Assembly (NCBI RefSeq): GCF_964355755.1
Contig: NC_092679.1
Coordinates: forward strand, 1,828,201 to 1,892,200
Direction: 5' to 3'
DNA length: 64,000 nt
DNA from: Antedon mediterranea
Lineage: Eukaryota; Animalia; Echinodermata
Shown here: positions 12,501-27,500 of the stretch, piece after piece
Position numbering within the stretch: the first letter of the stretch is position 1
Layout of the letters: each line of letters begins with the position of its first letter
Program-made: the position numbers and the translations under genes
The notes under the pieces: generated by a model
The model's input: the letters and a program-made list of their open reading frames with translations, nothing else
The model's database searches: none
What the model was told of the DNA's origin: nothing

Positions 12501-15500
12501 CCACCTTAAAATACATTTTAGGTTGAGTGAAATATACTGAATGTGGGCGTCTCCCTTCCTACTCACACAGTTACATCCCAAGATACATCCTATCTAAAGC
12601 TCTGTCTACACTATCAAACTTTATGTGAAAAAAAATGTGATGTGCCTATATATGGACATGATGTCATATCACTACCACATCACACTTTTTTTGTCAAACT
12701 AGTTTGATAGAGTAGACAGAGCTTAAGTATATATAATTTTCGTCACAGATGTATCAAAGAGCTACAATTTCAAAGTTTCTCTTGAGCACCAGCTACCAAC
12801 TGTTACTCAGAAGCTAAAGACTACTGATGAATGTGTTGTCTCATCTCTTATCTCATTGGTTACTTGTACAGGAAAGGTAAGATCATGTGATGTCTCATCT
12901 CTTATCTCATTGGTTACTTGTACAGGAAAGGTAAGATCATGTGATGTCTCATCTCTTATCTCATTGGTTACTTGTACAGGAAAGGTAAGATCATGTGATG
13001 TCTCATCTCTTATCTCATTGGTTACTTGTACAGGAAAGGTAAGATCATGTGATGTCTCATCTCTTATCTCATTGGTTACTTGTACAGGAAAGGTAAGATC
13101 ATATGATGTCTCATCTCTTATCTCATTGGTTACTTGTACAGGAAAGGTAAGATCATGTGATGTCTCATCTTTTATCTCATTGGTTACTTGTACAGGAAAG
13201 GTAAGATCATGTGTTGTCTCATCTCTTATCTCATTGGTTACTTGTACAGGAAAGGTAAGATCATGTGATGTCTCATCTCTTATCTCATTGGTTACTTGTA
13301 CAGGAAAGGTAAGATCATGTGATGTCTCATCTCTTATCTCATTGGTTACTTGTACAGGAAAGGTAAGATCATGTGTTGTCTCATCTCTTATCTCATTGGT
13401 TACTTGTACAGGAAAGGTAAGATCATGTGATGTCTCATCTCTTATCTCATTGGTTACTTGTACAGGAAAGGTAAGATCATGTGATGTCTCATCTCTTATC
13501 TCATTGGTTACTTGTACAGGAAAGGTAAGATCATGTGATGTCTCATCTCTTATCTCATTGGTTACTTGTACAGGAAAGGTAAGATCATGTGATGTTTTTT
13601 TGCTACATTTATATGCTACCGTTGTGTCTGCACCTTGTTGGTGGCGCTGCTCTCTGGCAACAAGTCAGCTTTTTTTAGATTGTTTTCGCATCCTTTCAAG
13701 AATTTAATAACACATATCCAACAAACATTATTGAGCCTTTAACTCCTCTATGCTGTTAGTTTCTGTGTCTACCGCATTTTTTTGCTTTATTTGTTCATTT
13801 CAATATTTTACAAGTGTCCATCCAGCCGAAGCTGATCTTTATAATACAATTTGACAAGACAATAACATACAATAATTTAAATAAATAGAATTTATAAAAA
13901 TTAACAAATTAAAATAATGAAAAAAGTTACGGCATTAAGCAGTATGGTTTGTGATTACTGTACACTTTTATTCAAGTTCATTTCAATTTTTTTGTTGCTA
14001 GTTATCAAATTTTATGAAGTCAAATGTGGACATGTTTAGCGCACCAACTAGTTACCGAACCAGAGGACACAGTTTTATACAAGATGATGATCAACAGGGG
14101 AGAATGACATCACCGACGGTATCGACGTTAAGAGAGAAATCAGTCAATTATATGGCTATGCTTAATAAGGTAACACTTTGCAACATTTTCGTAGTGTTAC
14201 AAATTGCATAGATTATAATATTTGAATTGCTCACATACCTGGTTAAAACAATGTATTAAGGAAATTATGACAACAAAAATATTAAGTAAAAAAATATCTT
14301 AATATTAAATTCTGAAAGGTTTCATATTATATTTATTGTATATACCTTAATAAAACCTTGAAAAGAAGCCCATGAGCTGCTTCTTTTTTTAGGACTCTTG
14401 GGTGGCCTTCTTTTTGGATTACCTTTTCAAACCACAGGGAGGGACTTTTTTTTAGATGGGCTTCTTTTTAGATTACTTTTCCAAACCACAGAGGGTGGGT
14501 GTTCTTTACAAGATGGATTTCTTTTTCTTCTTTTCAAGATTTTACAGTATATTTTATAATAATTTTCAGCCCTCTCCGGACTCTGTTCCGTACACACAAG
14601 CATTGAACAACCGTAGGGTGCTGGTCAGCTCAACAGAGAGCAAGGAAGGCCTAGCTCAACAACTAGCTTCCAACTCTGATAAAATCAGCAGATTGGAACA
14701 AGATAGAGAACATTGGTTACTAGAAGCACAGTTACTACAAATCAAGTATGATAAAGAAGCAATGGTAAGGTCAAAGTTGAAACATTATAATAGAGACATG
14801 TACCCATTTCACATTGCCTAATGATTGGTTTCCAGTAGCGATGCAATGCAGGGCTTTAATGCAATGTAAATGATTTAACCAATCACAAGCAATGAATTAT
14901 TCGAACAGTGGCTTGTCATTGGTCAACTTGCTTGCATTGTGTGTACGTCCTTGTTTTTAAACCATGATAACGCAAGAAGCTTATTATTTTATATTAATGT
15001 AATATTTTATTTAATTATTATTATTATTGATATTCTCATATATATTAAACCATTTTCCTGTAACTGCAATGGGAAATTGCAATACATATATTGTCGTATT
15101 GGTGGTCATCTGGATGTTGAATAGAGTGAGAAAGTACACTCCAATGGCCCACATGTACAATGAAATTAACCTAGGTTGTTGAAAATCAAAAGCTCCCTAT
15201 CATGATATCATCATCTTTTTTAGAAAGTGAATCGGCTACAATCACAGTTACAAAGTCACATATCTGGTGTACATGGACCTGACTTGATGAGACAGGTGTC
15301 CAATGACTCCCAAGAAGGTAGCAAAGCTGACCACAAGCCAACTGATCCTTCTGTAAGTAATACAGGATATTTCTTTTTTCCACACCGAAACAGAAAATAC
15401 ATGATTCCCCAATTACGGGAGGCGCAGTAAGTGGTGCTGTATTGGCTGTCAAACTGAGACAGGATTTGAACCTTTAAGGGTCTTTTACACCTGTTGGCAT

Positions 15501-18500
15501 GGTTCCGAACATAGATGTTTCGTTTTCACATGGTAACATGCATATCGATTGATGCATAGCCGCATGGAGCATCGTAAAAACGAAACATTGGCATTCGATT
15601 TGATTTACCAGCGCCGGACCGGAACTGTGCTAGAACAGGTGTGATAGACCCTTAATGCTTTCATTTGTGCATCGGTATTATCTTGTGTTGAGTAAGCTAA
15701 AGTAACCTCATGTTTTCTTTAAGGTCTTCTCATTAAATGTTGGCTCGGCTACATTGGTTTCCCTGTCTAATTATGAATTAATTTAAAAGATTTTAACTTT
15801 AAAAGTCCTCTACTTAAAAAAATGTCTAAACTTATAACATTTCGAGGAAGACCGAGAACCACCCTACCAATAACTCTCAGCAACGACCTACTCACCCTTT
15901 ATAAGCATAACACAAACATCAAGTATCCCGGACAATTGAAAACCAAGAAAGACATCAAACAACTTAACACTTTGACTGCCAAACACGAAGATCTTCGTTT
16001 TTGGAAACACAACGCTTGACTGCCAAACACGAAGATCTTCGTTTTTCGCGTTTTTTTACGAAATCCGGTAGATAGGTTAATTATTGGTATATACTATAAA
16101 TATGGACACTAAATTCGGTCTGGACCGTGAATTTTTTACCTTTTGAAAGTAACTAATCTGGTTACGAACGATTGTCAAAATGGTACCTGTCGAAATAACA
16201 TACACCGCGCATCACAGTAGCGCGTACAGCGATGGTTTGGCGCATTGTGTTTCGGTCGCGCGCTAGCTATGCCGCCGAAGCATTACAAAGGTTTATGTGG
16301 ATTGGCATGTTTGTTTGTTATCTGAATAAAAAATAAAGGATGAATTTTCAATAAGAAGTCTTTAATTTTATTATTGTATGTATACCCTAATTGTTTTGGT
16401 GTTTCACTGTAAGTGACCGAGTTTCACGCAACAAACTTGTTTAGAAATGGTATGAATATTATCATCAGTTTACTAGCTAGGCTAGTAGTACTAGGCTATA
16501 GCCTAGGCCTAGTTGTAAAACGGTTCCGGACCAACTTTAGGCCTAGTTAACTAGGCCTGGTGTCTTTACTATATGGATTTTGGCGAAACATTGATGTAAG
16601 ATTTATGATTTATAAAATGTAATACATTTTTCGATAGTGATAACTTGTTTTTTAGGCCTACCGGTGCCGTGTAAGTAACTTTTCCGTTGTTTGTTGATCT
16701 CACCGGGCGATATTTTCATATTGTGATGTCTTGCACAAAATCGCGAATATCTCGACTTTCTTGCGCGAAACTACGAAAAACTCAAAAAGTGGGTTACTTT
16801 CATTTTACTATTACGATTTACATATTGCGATTTGAAAATCGTTCTTGGTACCATTGTAAAGCTAAAATCTATATGATTATTTCAGTCTAAATTACATGTA
16901 AATCAGATCACATACATAGTTTCAATCAGCTTTAATAAAAACATCAAATTGGGCTATAAACGCTGGCGGTGGCAGTTTCAAACTGGAAAAACCTCTGGCA
17001 GTCAAAGTGTTAAAGAACTAGCCAATGAAAGATCAGACTGGAAAAAACTGGTAAAAGAGATTTACGTAGCAGCTCAAGCGGAAATGTCGGCAGACTTTTC
17101 AGCGGAAAGGCAGTAATCATCATCATCAAGTCCTCTACTTCAGTTTGTTTTCGTTAGAAGGCAATGATAAATTATGTTTTCTTCTTAACTCAGCTTGGCT
17201 CGTTGTCGAAACAACCAATGGACTTTGGGGAGAGCGAAGAGACATCTCGCGAAAACCTCATCAAAAAACACTACACAAGTAAAGTGTCCATTATGACTAA
17301 CCACAGGCAGATGGTAGATAGCAAGTCAGTTAGCTTCCACTCTGAGGTAAGTGAAACATTGTTTTGTAAAGCTCTGTCTACACTATCAAACTAGTGTGAT
17401 GTGCCCAAATATAGTAATGATATGCCAAAATATTGTAGTGACCATGTCCATATATGGGCGCATCAAATTTTCTAGTCACATAAAGTTTGATAAAGTGGAT
17501 AAAGAAGATGAGAGAAAGTATTGTCTGATAATAAACTTTCAGTAAAGACTGCCCTCTATTTTTTATACTTACTCAAAATGTGCTTGAATGGCATTTTATT
17601 TGACCTTTCTATTTTACCTTAGGGAAGTTTTACATGTGTAGGTTATAAAACAACTTGTAATGAATAGTTAATGTAACATTGAAACCCCTAGGCTATAATA
17701 GATTGTTCCAAATTAACTTTTAATTGCTATCCATTGTAGGAACAACTGTTGATACAGTTTACACAGATTTCTAACAAAAACATTTTGACTGTATACCTTT
17801 ATGATTCAAAACTGACTAAAATTAGAGACCACATTTTAGGTGTCCCTATTTGCAAATCCATGGAGAAGAGTTTGGGAGGTGTACATTCGGTTCTAGTCCT
17901 CTTCCTTCCCATCAATATTATTTTATGTTAAAGTACCACTTTTTAGAGGTAATTCAATCTATTATTGAATAACCAGTGAAACTTTCGCAACCATAGTTAC
18001 ACTACTACTAACTGGTTATCTGGTAAAGTAGACTTTTAATACCTCTTAATAACGACTTAAAATTCCTTTAAAAACCCCTCTAACTTGAAACTCCAAATGC
18101 AAAATGGATCTAGCAAAAATAAAAGAAATTTCACTGAATAGAAACAAGGCAGCCAGACGCGGAGAAGTACATGGGCCTCTTGGCGATTGGCCCGAAAATA
18201 TAAATATATATTATATATGATTCAATATTGACAAACAAACCTAGTTCTAAACAGTATTGTTATATCATAGACATAGTCAAAAGCATTGAGGCATATTGTA
18301 AGAGTATGTTTCATAGCTTGAATTGCTATTGTATTGTAAGACTAATTTATTATAACTCTGGGTATATATTTTCTAAATATATCTTGGAATGAATTGCGAG
18401 TGATAGGTTGCATGAAGTTCAAAACCCTTTGGCCATAATAGATTATTCCAAATTAGCAGTTAATACTAACTGACTTATGGTGTGTTATGGGATTACTTGG

Positions 18501-21500
18501 AATCTTTCATTTCATAAACAACTTTTTACTTTATTTATTTAATTAAATATTATTTCTCTCTTTTCCCCTCTAGTTTTAATTTATCATTCACAGAATTTCT
18601 TACAATGTTATTTAGTTGAGTCATTTTAATATGCAGTATATTATTTTTGCAGTTAGATTACCCATTGATTAATGGAATATTCTTGCGCTATGTAATTGTA
18701 TTTAATCAAAACTGTTGATCATGAGAAAGTTAAAAGTCTGAATTTCAAAAAGTAAACTTGCTAAACATTTTTGTACAACCACCTATATCCAATTATTACT
18801 TATATTTTTTATGTAAAATTTATTTATTTTTTAAATAAAGATTTACAAAATGAGTAAAGGAAGTCAAAAAATGTTTGCATATTTTGATAAATTTGTAAAG
18901 CCTCTATGCATTCTACATTATTTAAATGACTATTTTCTAAGAATAAGATATTTATATATTTTTCTTGGATATGCATTATTATAAATAATATGTTGAGATA
19001 TAGTTCGGGTAGATACACTTTCATATTTTTTTTTTCATTAGAAAATTTAATGCATGCAGACACAAATACATGAATCGATAAATATAGTGCCTCTTATGTT
19101 AATATCTACCCATTTAAAAAAACAGATTAAGAACTCTGCACTTTTAATTAATTAATTTCGAAAAATAGTATAGATGAGACGAGACGCTGTGGGTATTAAA
19201 TTAGGTCGATCGATAATGTATTGTTTCCTTGTGGTTATAAAACTTTACAAAGAGTTTTATGTTATCATTGATTCTACCATTCCATCTGTGAGGTATCTTT
19301 AATAGAATTACCTCTATAAATATCAGTGACCTAATTATTATTCTACCTAGTGAGATAATGGAATTATCCTTCTTTTTAGGCTTTTCTATTGGCTGTCTAA
19401 TCTTAGTCTTTGCTTATTTAGAACTTTATCAAGATCATTACTAGACAGAAAGTGACAGATCCAGAAATATAACTGATGCATGCAGACTGTAGACAAGACT
19501 GGCACTGCCACAACCCTAAAGCTCTGTCGACATTACCAAATTAGTTTGACAAAAAAGTGTGATGTGCCTAAATATGGTAGTGATATGCCCAAATATGGTA
19601 GTGATACGATATCATCTTGTCAATATATGGGCACATCACTTTATATATGAATTGTTGCTATCTATGTTTATACAACACTTTTATAATTAAAGTGAAATTA
19701 GAATTGATTTAGTGAATAAAATATAAATAAAATTTTTCAAAATTATTAATTGTTTTAAAGCTGTAAAAGTAAATATTCAACTAAATCCTAAACTAAATTT
19801 TTAAATGATAGAACAAAGGCTAACTTTATAACTGTATTATTACTGTATGATTGTAGAGTTTTCTCAATTATACACATCTGTGAATTTTCAACCGAATTAT
19901 AATCGTAATTCTGCATCAGCGACAAACAGAAGCGCAAATCCAACAAACACTTTCCCCTTAAGAAAGCAATTAGCGACGGATTACTCGTGGACGAAACAAA
20001 AAGAACACAGTCCTGTTTTCCTTTTACACTTTTGATTGGATTTCCTTATTGCTTCTAAATCGGTGAAAACATTTTGCGGTGTTATCGTTTTAGATACTCA
20101 TCCACAAAGTAGGTCAAAGGATGACCCTTTGATTGTCTTTGCATTTCATAAGCTACTTATCTTGAGTGGTACATTTAATTTTGCAGAGTCCTTTCTAGTT
20201 AAAAAAAAATTAAAGTAGCTTGAAAACACTCGATAAATCAGTCACAAAAACAAGAACATTACTTGCGCCATGAAATGTAATAAAGAAGACACTTTTGAAA
20301 ATTAATAATCAACTTCTTAAACAAATTGATAGATTAATTCTGTTTAATTACGAGACAGTTTGTAATAGCAATTAATTAATTGATTGATAGAATATGCTTC
20401 AGTTTCAATTGTAAATTTATGGTAATTTATCAGTATGTAGATAACTTGAAATTAAAATTATATAAGAGCTTGATCAATGATATGAAAGTCCTTGCAGATT
20501 TTTTCAGTTCTTTCACCCGAGTAGTCTTGTCCTTGCTTGACCATGGCCACTCTAAATCATGGCCACTCCCTGCTTTATACACAGATTTGGAATAAAACTA
20601 TATTAAAAGTGTAATGACTTTGTGTAGGTGTGTAAGTCCTTGAGTTAAGGCGTATCTATTGAGGCGTGTCATCAGCTGCCAATTAAATTGAGGCTATCTA
20701 GCTGACTTGATGTGTGAAGGAAAAGCATCATACTCAAATACCACACCTGACTACCATACCTAACCACACCCGAGTACCATTACCCGAGTACCATTACCAG
20801 AGTATCATTACCTGAGTACAATACCTAACCATACCTGAGTAGAGTACCATTATCCGAGTACAATTACCAGACTACCATTACCAAAATAACATTACCCAAC
20901 TACCACATTACCTGAGCACCACATTACCTGAGTACCACACCACCTGAGTACTACACCTGAGTACTGCACCTGACTACCACATTACCGGAGTACTACACCC
21001 AAGTACTGCACCCAAGTACCACATTACCTGAGTACCACATTACAGGAGTACTACACCCGAGTACTGCACCTGAGTACCACATTACCTGAGTAATAGCTTC
21101 ATTGATTTGTGGCTTAGATAGTTTTTATTTATTCATTTATTTAATAATCTAAAATTCAAAATCAAAATCTTAACATTGTCGAACAAACTATCGTGTTTCT
21201 AGAACTAATAATTCTTTTCTACAAAGTACAAATAAATATTAAATAAATTAGGTCTTTAAATTGGTAATTGTCAACTGTCTGACATTAAGTCTAATAATGA
21301 GAAACATGAATTAAATCAGCACAACAAATCATTTCGCTTGTCGATTTATGGAAGTAGAACAAATTTGATTACTACACCAGCATACTATTAGGAGTTCTCC
21401 TAATTGGAGCATTCTTGAAATCTATTTCATATTATAACATGTTAACTTGTTTGTTTTTTGTAAATCTGGAATAATATGTTTGATTGCATGAATACATTTA

Positions 21501-24500
21501 ATGGTTATTGTGTTTTTTTAATTTGATCGGTATGTCCAGGGAAATACCACTTAATCATTAACATTGATTATATTTGTCTCCCATATTTTGCACTCTGTTG
21601 GAAACACATGATTATTATTTTCTTTAAACTTTTACAGTTTATCCTGGTGAAGATATCTGGATTTTGTTTGTTCATGCCTTATTAGTACTTTTTAACCAAA
21701 TAGAAGGATTTTGGGAGAGTTTTTAGTTTTCAGATTTGAGTCCGATATTAGGAGAGTCATACCGCAGGATTAACTTAGAATGTTTGTATCATAGGATTGT
21801 TTATGCAACAAGAAATGATAAAAATATTTATCATAAACATTGAAGATGAACTAGTAAACTAGAATAATTAGAGCTAAACATCATCGAAACTAGTCATTAA
21901 AACATATAGAACAACCTATCATCACTCCCATATTGACAATCTTTAACGATGCCTCTCACTCGTTAATCTAACTGTTAATTTAAAGCAGATATGATGGATG
22001 TGCTGTGTAGATATCTCATTTGATATATGAACTAAACAGTACACATAATTAGTTTTGATGGAAATAGAACAATATAAATCATCTTCAATTGCTTTGGGAC
22101 CTCGTCTGCGAGGTGAAACTGTTGCGGAAACGTGAAAGCTACCACAGGGAATGTTCCTTAATTGCCCTATAGTCTCACTGAATGCTGCGCTATCAAATTA
22201 TGGAAATGCTGCTTCATCAACTAATCTAATTTGTTTTGGAGGAAATTAAATGTTACTTTATAATATAAATATTTATGATACGCTGTATAAATTTGAATAC
22301 ATTGTTTCAGCAGGCTACTCTGTATGATGTTATCACAATATCATCATCTTTTTATCATTATTACTGTACCTCGATATGATTATTATTATCACTATAGTAT
22401 TATTATCACTATAGTATTATTATCATTTTCCTCATCACTATCACCATTTTTATCATCGTCATTTTGTGTTTGTGAAATAGAACTTACTTACTATAAACAA
22501 GTTTCTTATTACTTTCTTGGACTCTTCCATTTTTTCCAAGGGGCATCAATGTGATTTAACGTTAGTAGATAGAGCTCTACTCTGATCTAAAAAAATGTAC
22601 ATTTACATAATGTCAAAATGACTAGTTGATTTGTGTATGTGTTTGAGGTCATGACCTTTAATCGTAAACAAGTGTTCATTGATAATTAACCCATTGACTT
22701 TTATAAGATGTTTTATCATTTCTACTAAATAGTCATCTAATCCCGTGTTCCAAATTTCCACATCTGCCCCACTCATTCAATTTATTATGTCGTGACTTTC
22801 ATAAGCGCTGCAGATGCTTTTAATCAAATCTACATTATAAAATAAAAATATAATTTATTCGTTACTAATCTTGGGTACAAAAATCAATAATTTGTCTTAT
22901 TTAATCATTTTTTTCTGTCTGCATTAAAATCCCTATGATCTCTAGTCTGCAATGCTAATCTCTCTTATACAACCTGCAGATGTATAGGCGTCCTTTAATT
23001 AAAACAGTTCACTCCATTTGTCTAATCTCTTTTAAGTTCTTGAACCCCAATCAATAGTCAATAAAGGCACAAGACCGTTGGTGCTAGTCAATGATCTCTG
23101 TCAATAAAGGTCAGTGAGGGTCAGATAAGTACATTGGAAGTCATTGATAGGTCATTAGCCAGTGACCAATGGTAATTAATCTAGGACAGGCTTTAGAAAG
23201 GTTGACCAGTGGTCTACTTCCAGTCAACTGTACTTTCTAGTGTGTCAGTTATCAGGTTATACGATCTTTATAATGGACTAGACCGAAACTGGATACCTTG
23301 AATATCATAGAAATGGAATAGTCCAAATCTGGACACTCGGGACAAGGAACTTTGGACAATCCAAGCAATAGGTGATTGAATTTAATCATGGTTGATTCAA
23401 AAGACAATGCTGTGGGTATCAGTGGCTGGATCTCAATGGAGATACAAAATAAAATAAGCACTGAAAAAATGGCAATGCTGTGGGTATCAGTGGCTGGATC
23501 TCAATGGAGATACAAATATAAAAATAAACACTGAAAAAAGTACAATGCTGTGGGTATCAGTGGCAGGATCTAAATGGAGATAACTTATATAAGCAAAAAG
23601 CTATATCAAAACGGTAAAGCAAAAACAGTGCCAAGTTTGTGAGAAAACATTCTACCTTCATCATAATTCTTGGCAAACACAAATTATTCAAATTTAAATA
23701 AATATAATAGGATATGATCCTTTGTTGCTCGTATAATGTTTAGATGGTCATAAAATGTACATAAACATGGCGTTGGAAATGTCGTAAAAACCATAACAAT
23801 TGTAAGAGCATATTGAAGAATTATATTAGTGATGGACATATTGATCTCGGTGAAAAGTTTAACATAATAAAATCATCAGTTCAAATTAAACTACATTTTT
23901 AATAAAAGCATTTACATTAAAAAATGTGTGTATAAAAATAATGTATAAAAATAATTTATAAACATATTACATTATAAATAGAGCCTCTATTAAAGGACCA
24001 CCTTAGGGACACAACAAAGTGTTGCCTTAATAGGGGTTATTTAAAAAAAAATTCTAGAAATGCCAACTGTCTTCTTGAAAGATTGCAACCTTTATTATGT
24101 AATAAAAATAAAAATGCTATTCCTTCTAAGAAAGCATGTAATAACATGAATGTAAAAGATAACATGAATTATAACATGAATATAAAAGATAACATAAATG
24201 TAAAAGATAACATGAATTATAACGTGAATATTATAAAAGATAACATGAATTATAACCTGAATATACAAGATAACATGAATTATGACATTAATATTATAAA
24301 AGATAACATGAATTATAACCTGAATATACAAGATAACATGAATATACTGTAAATGATATGTACTTTTCTTGTGCAAGTTAATGAAGTGATTTATCGTCAA
24401 AGCCAATTTCATGTTTTATTTATAAATTAATAGAATTGTTTACAATCATACTATTGTTCATTGTACTTTAAACATACAATAACACATGTTCTTATAGAAT

Positions 24501-27500
24501 TAATATTATAACGGTTTAAACACTGAACTATTGTCATGATAGGAGGAGACACAAGTATGTCTAAAACCATTACAAATAAAAGCCCATGATGGTATCAGCA
24601 AAGTGCCTCTACACCAATTATGTGCGTACATCTCGTTACATTTCCAATTGTTCGTTCTCGTAAAGCTGCATGTGTCGATTTCAATCGGCTTAATATCTCC
24701 ACGGCATTACTTAATTCCGCTTGGAAATGAGGTTTATTACAATCGTTTGACCTTATTACATAAATGTGATAGCACCGTGTACTTAATGTAACCTACTGTT
24801 CTCTATAAATGCTACGTACTGTTTTTCTGTATAAATGCTCTCTACTGTTTATTCATCAAAACCATCTGTGCTAATTCACTTTGACACACCAAACATTATA
24901 AGTAAATTAAAAACATGCTTTACACGTAATGCCTATTAGCGTGATGTAACGTTTTTGTGTGAAAACTTCCCCTCCAAATTAAATGTGGTCCATTAGTTGT
25001 CCTAATTTTTTTTTATCAATATTAATGAAATTAAATTTCTATTTATTTACCGTGTCCACGTTTACTGTATGAATCTTGTTTTTTTATAGTTTAAATCACT
25101 TTAATTGTTTCCTGTAACATATGAAAAGAAAAAAAGTAATTTGAATCACAAAATTACCAAATTCAAGAATTATTTAATAACTGTATTGTTAAACTGTACT
25201 AAATATTTTGCATTATAATTAATAATTATTCATGGCAGAAACCAAATTGAGGGGACACGTTCTGGTTGAATGAACGGGATAACAATGGGCAACACCAGTA
25301 TTTTGGGAATACCATTAATAAGTCACTTTTTCTTAGAAGTAATTAATGTATAAAGATAGTTCAACGTTTAAAAAAAATCATGGTTAAACTTTGATTGATC
25401 TTATTCAGTTAATAATCACATAAGTACAATTTACGTATCGACAATAAATTTCAGCATCTTGATGTACCTCCTTTTAGACTGAAAATTTCCGAATATTTTA
25501 TTTCTGTTTCAGGACCGCGAATCTGAGGTTTTTTTAAACTTGATAAATGTTACAAATGTTAAAACCTAACCTTAACTATATAAAAGTATCAAACAAATTA
25601 ACAATAATTATATCCAAAGTCAGCTGTGATAGTCGCAACAAGCTGTTACAAAAACAGATGTATTATGAATCCTCTTGTCTTTCATTTTCACAAACCTACA
25701 TTCATGTTCCTGTCTCAAGCTCTCATTTATTTATAGACGCATGACCCGGTAACCTGATTGTTAAGATCGAAGGATGTACGGTGATTAAAAGAATTCCCTT
25801 GAATCTATGCTATGTGCGTTATTCCCCCAAACAGAGCCGAATAAAGAGCTGGGCCAAGTATTAGCTCGCACACCCGAGGGGATTCGTATTTACACACTCT
25901 GCGTATGCCCCCAGTATCGACGACCTAGAATCGTAAAGAATGTGGTATATTTAATACCGGTCATGTTGATTGGTGTTCTGAATGTTCTTTAAACCGGTGT
26001 CTTGTGAATGTTAAACATAGTGAAACATGATGTCAATAACCTATTAAAATCAAGGTGAGATTGTAACATGTCATTGCGCTTAAGTTTCATGCTTACAACG
26101 TAGAAACAATTCCGCTCAAAAAACCTGTTAATAATTAACAATTACATTATTTCGGCCTCATAACCTACTTTTTGCCCCAACTTTCCAGTTTTGTTTTCTT
26201 TTATTGTTCCTTGATATGCACCATTTACCAAAAAAGTTGTTTCATTATGGTTTTTGACCTTGTAAGAAAATATTATTTGGAACAGCAGGAAAAATTAAAT
26301 AATTTTTCTTTCATTATTTTGTTTTGATTGACCTTATTTAAAATGTTAGCGGTGTGAACGGGATGACGAGACTGAGCAGAATGCTTCGTGCTGATTGGAT
26401 AACTTTACACGATCCTACTCACCCCACTTGTACTGATTGGATAACTTTAGACGATCCTATTCACTCCACTTCTGTTTTTAGGAGGGTAAAAAAATGTTTA
26501 AAAATACAATATTCTGACGCGAAAATTAATTTTGCTTGAAAGTATGAGTGCATGAAAGAAAACGCTTAAACTATAAAACCAATTCTAAATTAGATCAGTT
26601 GTAAGACTATCTATTACATCACACCCATTTACCTAAAAAAACAATCTCTCCATAATTTGAATGTTATCTGTATGAGAATTTTGTACCCCAGCGGCAATCG
26701 ACAAACTAGATTGCCAAGACATTTGATTTATAGTCATGTAATTTTTATGTTTTTTTTTAATAGTTTGTTTTATGGTTGATTATTTCCTCTCATACAGGCA
26801 CATGACAACATTGATTTATTTTGGTTAGAACCATTAGAAATAAATTAAACAATAAATGATTTCAAATTATATTTTAAATTATTATGTGTTATACGTTATT
26901 TATACCGTATAATAATCAAAATTATATTTTTTTAATTTAGTAATTTAATTTGTTTAGTATCATCAACTTGATTATTCAGACCAAGCAAACGGGGAACTGA
27001 AAAAAGTGGCCCTTTAATAGAGGTGTCCCCTGAATAGAGGTCGGCTGTAGTGTTGTTATTTCCTCTTGTTTGTTTCATAGCAAAATGTTTTAAGGAGTTG
27101 TTGTTAGTTTATTTCAAAATGGTAGCATAAAAAAAATGCCCTCCTTTCCCTCAAATGTATTCATGGGTTGATGCCTAAAAAGTGTATTTTTTTTATTTGG
27201 CCTAATAATATTTTTGTTTATATATTCGGTTTTAGTATTCATTTAGTTAAAATGATTTGAGTTACGAAGCTGTTGCATGCAAAGCAACTAGAGTAAATAT
27301 TTAATATTTGCTCTCATTCTTGTCTATTAATAATTTATTTTCAAATTGCCAGATGGATAATTATGTTATTAATATTATAAGCTTAAATCTTAATAATTGG
27401 AATTATAGGCCAATTGACATTTAGACAATTTTTTTTAAATTGCATTTAGTCGACTATTAAGATTAATTATGAGATTTTATATGATCAAATCTTAAATTCA

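Noticed and set aside
12856-13707. 283-aa repeat ORF as an independent gene or a CRISPR-like array
   Set aside because: It is the 54-bp duplicated exon/intron junction of PPP1R21: no unique spacers, no ATG start, eukaryotic context.
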